DNA from: Mobula hypostoma
Lineage: Eukaryota
Assembly: GCF_963921235.1 (NCBI RefSeq)
Contig: NC_086101.1
Span: forward strand, 4,776,001 to 4,840,000
Reading direction: 5' to 3'
DNA length: 64,000 bases
A program made the translations under genes and the position numbers. Positions 60,893 to 64,000 of the stretch are shown here, piece by piece (the first letter of the stretch is position 1; every line of letters begins with the position of its first letter). The notes beneath the pieces were generated by a model that saw only the letters and a list, made by a program, of their open reading frames with translations, ran no database searches and was not told the DNA's origin.

Positions 60893-63082
60893 TGAATAAA
60901 CAGGAATAGGATACTAGGATGGTCAAAGATGGGAGGGTGAAGTGCAGGTTTGTGTGTGTGAGTGAGTGAGATTGGGTGAAGGGATTTAGAATGTATGTCT
61001 AGTGCACATTCTGGAGCAGAGGGTGGAACTTAATGCACCATTAAGCTGGATGCCAACCGCCGTAAAACAAGATACAGACAGACAGTACCAACCTGATTCC
61101 TCCAGTCTACCTGCATGTTGAAATCCCCCATAACAACTGTAGCATTACCTTTGCTACATGCCAATTTTAACTCTTGATTCAACTTACACCCTACATCCAG
61201 ACTACTGTTTGGGGGCCTGTAGATAACTCCCATTAGGGTCTTTCTACCCTTAGAATTTCTCAGTTCTATCCATACTGACTCTACGTCTCCTGATTTCATG
61301 TCCCCCCTCGCAAGGGACTGAATATCATTCCTCACCAGCAGAGCCACCCCACCCGCTCTGCCCATCAGTCTGTCCTTTCGATAGGATGTATATCCTTGAA
61401 CATTCAATTCCCAGGCCCTGTCCACTTGAAGCCATGTCTCTGTTATTCCCACAACATCATACTTACCAATTTCCAACTGTGCCTCAAGCCCATCCACTTT
61501 ATTTCTTATACTCCGTGCATTCATATACAATACTTTTAATTCATTACTCCCCTCACCTCCCATATCAATTCCTGTTTCACTTGGCCATACTGTACGTATT
61601 GGCCACCTCGTTATTGTTTGAGATTAGGCCAATCAATGTAGTGTTGTCGGCAAATTTAATGAGCAGATTGGAGCTGTGGGTGGTGACACAGTCATGGGTA
61701 TACAGAGGGTGAAGGAGGGGATTTAGTACACCGCCCTGAGGGGCTCCTTTGTTGAGAGTCAGAGGGGTGGAGGTGAGGGAGCCCACTCTTACCACCTGCC
61801 AGCGATCTGACAGGAAGTCCAGGATCCAGCTGCACAAGGCCGAGGTCTCTGAGCTTCTTGTTGATCCTGGATGGAACTATGGTGTTGGATACTGAACTGT
61901 AGTCCAAGAACAGCATTCTCACATAGGCATCCTTCTTCTCCAGATGTGTAAGGACGGTATGTAGAGTAGTGGCTATTGCGTCGTCTGTCGATCGGTTGTG
62001 TTGATAGGCAGATCGTAGGAGGTCCAGTTTGGGTGGTAGCAAGCTGCAGATGTAATCTCTGACCAGCCAGGAGTGCGACAGGACACCTGTTGTTTAAGTT
62101 GTCCAGGCCCTGAGACGACAAAGCAGCCCCAAACCATGATGCTCCTTCCACCAAGCTTCACATTTGGGATGAGGTTTTGGTGTTGGTGTGCAGTGCCCTT
62201 TTTCCTCCAAACATAGCAGTGTGCATTTCTGCCAAAAAGTTCAACTTTTGTCTCATCTGTCCATAGAACGTTGTCCCAGAAGTGTTGTAGTACATCCAGG
62301 TGGTCTTTTACAAACTTGAGACGTGCAGTAAGATTTTTTTTTGGAGAGCAATGATTTCCTCTGTGGTGTCCTTCCACGAACACCATTCTTGTTCAGTGTT
62401 TTTCTTATCCTGGACACATGAACAGAGACTTTAGCAAGTTCTAGAGATTTTCTGCAGGTCTTTTACTGTTACCCTTGGGTTCTTTTTCACCTCCTTTCAG
62501 CATTGCATGTTGTGCATTTGGTGTGACCTTTGCAGGATGCCCACTCCCAGGGAGAGTAGCAACAGTACTGCGTCTCCTCCATTTGGAGACAGTTTCTCTT
62601 ACTGTGGGCTGATGAACACTCGGGTCTTTAGAAATGCCTTTGTGGCCTTTTCCAGCTTCATGCACCTCTACAATTATTCTTCTAAGGTCCTCTGAAAGTT
62701 GTTTTGATCGAGGCATGGTGTACATAAACAGATCTCTCTTGAGAAGAGCAGGCTCTGTCAGTAACCTGACTTTGTGTGTCTTTTTTATAGGTCAGTGCAT
62801 CTCTACAACCCACACCTCCAATCCCATCTCATTGATTAGATCACCTGATTCCAAATAGCTTTTGTAGAAAGCATTACTCCAGATGTTCACATACTCTTTT
62901 GAACCTAGGCTGTGATTGTTTAAATGGTGCACTCAGTATTGATGAGAAGAAATACAATTGTTTGTGTTAGTTTAGGCAGATTGTCTATTATTGTGACTTA
63001 AATGAAGATCAGACTATATTTTGAGTAATTTATGGAGTAAACTAGGTAATTGCAAAGGATTCACAAACCCTTTGTTGCAACT

Positions 63083-63540
63083 ATTAGGTAGTTAAATTAA
63101 AAATAGTGCAAAAACAGAAATAATAAAAAAGTGCAGTAGTGTTTGTGGGTTCAGTGTCCATTTGGAAATCAGATGGCAGAGGGGAAGAAGCTGTTCCTGA
63201 ATCGCTGAGTATGTGCCTTCATACTTCTGTACCTCCTTCCTGACAGTAACAGTGAGAAGAGAGCATGTCCTGGGTGTTGGGGATCCTTAATAATGGACGT
63301 TGCTTTTCTGAGGCGCTGCTCCTTGAAGATGTCTTGAACACTATGGAGGCTAGTACCCATGATGGAGCTGACGAATTTTACAACCTTCTGTAGCTTCTAT
63401 GCAGTGCCCCCCACCATGCCAGTCGGTGATGCAGCCTGTCAGAATGTTCTCCACAGTACATCTGTTGAAGTTTTCAAGTGTTTTAGGTGGCAAACCAAAT
63501 CTCCTCAAACTCCTGGTGAAATATAGCTGCTGCCTTGCCT
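63083..63540 (-). mobile_element. Rex1/Babar 3' fragment whose tail continues at ~52780-52893
   Basis: DPQHPGHALFSLLLSGRRYRSMKAHTQRFRNSFFPSAI. Confidence 0.75.
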
Positions 63541-63544
63541 TCCT

Positions 63545-64000
63545 TTCTTTCTTTTTAAATCTTTTTATTGAGTAAGTATACAAAAAAGGTAAGCCATATA
63601 AACATTAATACAATGTTAAAGTATAATAAAATTCCAAAAGGTATCAATACCAAAAAAAATACTACAATGTAATTTAAACATGAGACCAAAATAACATAAT
63701 AGTATACTAAATTTTATATATATCAATGGAAAAAAAGAAAAAAAAAACCCAAAAAAAAAACCCACCGTGCAACTAACTAAAAGCAAAGCAAAGCAATGGG
63801 CTAACTTGAAACCAAACAGAGTTAAACTTAAAATCACGTCCTCAATCCCGACCTCCATTAAAAAGTGAAAAAAAAAACAAGAAGGGTAAATATTACATTA
63901 AATGAAAATATCGAATAAAAGGTCCCCAAATCTGTTCAAATTTAAATGAAGAATCATAAAGGTTACTTCTAATTTTCTCCAAATTCAAACATAAAATCGT
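63545..64000 (-). mobile_element. L1-clade LINE 3' end (continues beyond window)
   Basis: Minus strand TILCLNLEKIRSNLYDSSFKFEQIWGPFIRYFHLM*, then a T-rich UTR and AATAAA with an A-rich tail. Confidence 0.75.

Larger units (their letters stand above)
55736..61082 (+). mobile_element. I-superfamily (Nimb-like) LINE, near full length, 5347 bp
   Basis: 13-bp TSD cagtaccaacctg (55723-55735, 61083-61095); ORF1 gag-like, ORF2 APE-RT-RNase H; (GACA)n tail. Confidence 0.92.
54250..61590 (-). mobile_element. CR1 LINE (pieces 54250-55735 and 61083-61590) with internal RT deletion, split by Nimb
   Basis: YMNARSIRNK..GITETWL (61030-61563) continues at 55722. REDTNNL is joined directly to VQRDLGV near 54970. 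Confidence 0.9.
53504..62070 (-). mobile_element. Rex1/Babar LINE (pieces 53504-54243 and ~61597-62070) split by CR1
   Basis: AYQHNRSTDDAI, MLFLDYSS, GAPQGGVL, IKFADNTTLIGLI upstream; downstream C-terminal motifs and a (TCAAT)n tail. Confidence 0.85.
52895..63082 (-). mobile_element. Tc1-like transposon expanded to ~10 kb by nested LINEs
   Basis: Matching TIRs (~52895-53110 and ~62880-63082). Transposase MPRSKQLSEDLRR..WTDETK..WGCF (62716-62095) resumes below 53503 with EGTMNS..WPSQSPD. Confidence 0.9.

Noticed and set aside
37933..64000. bZIP exon (KRQQRMIKNRESA)
   Set aside because: Not found; the interval is almost entirely accounted for by repeats, so the exon is probably beyond the window.

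Overview
This is repeat-dense vertebrate genomic DNA. The repeat repertoire (CR1 with (TTTCTATG)n tails, Rex1/Babar, Neptune-type Penelope elements, V-SINEs, Tc1, hAT) suggests a cartilaginous fish, probably a ray; that assignment is inference. The window appears to lie inside one + strand host gene, an ATF6-family ER-stress transcription factor, most like ATF6B. Six phase-consistent internal exons (17238-17311, 27268-27343, 28132-28226, 29208-29376, 34462-34656, 37712-37932) encode the N-terminal activation and Pro-rich region up to just before the bZIP. Exon 1 and the bZIP exon were not found here, so exon/intron numbers are by homology. The most striking unexplained feature is a 40-bp tandem array (17991-18710) about 0.7 kb downstream of exon 2. 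It carries several exact ER-stress response elements (CCAAT-N9-CCAC[G/A]) overlapping TGACGTGG UPRE sites, i.e. ATF6/NF-Y/XBP1 target motifs multiplied inside an ATF6 gene. Other notable items: a 4.4-kb 50-bp satellite with ~89 AP-1 motifs, Penelope-borne minimal hammerhead ribozymes, a perfect 136-bp palindrome centred on the ribozyme cleavage motif, a near full-length Nimb/I-clade LINE at the core of a five-level nested insertion, and a hAT element together with its derived MITE. TE boundaries without stated TSD/TIR evidence are approximate.
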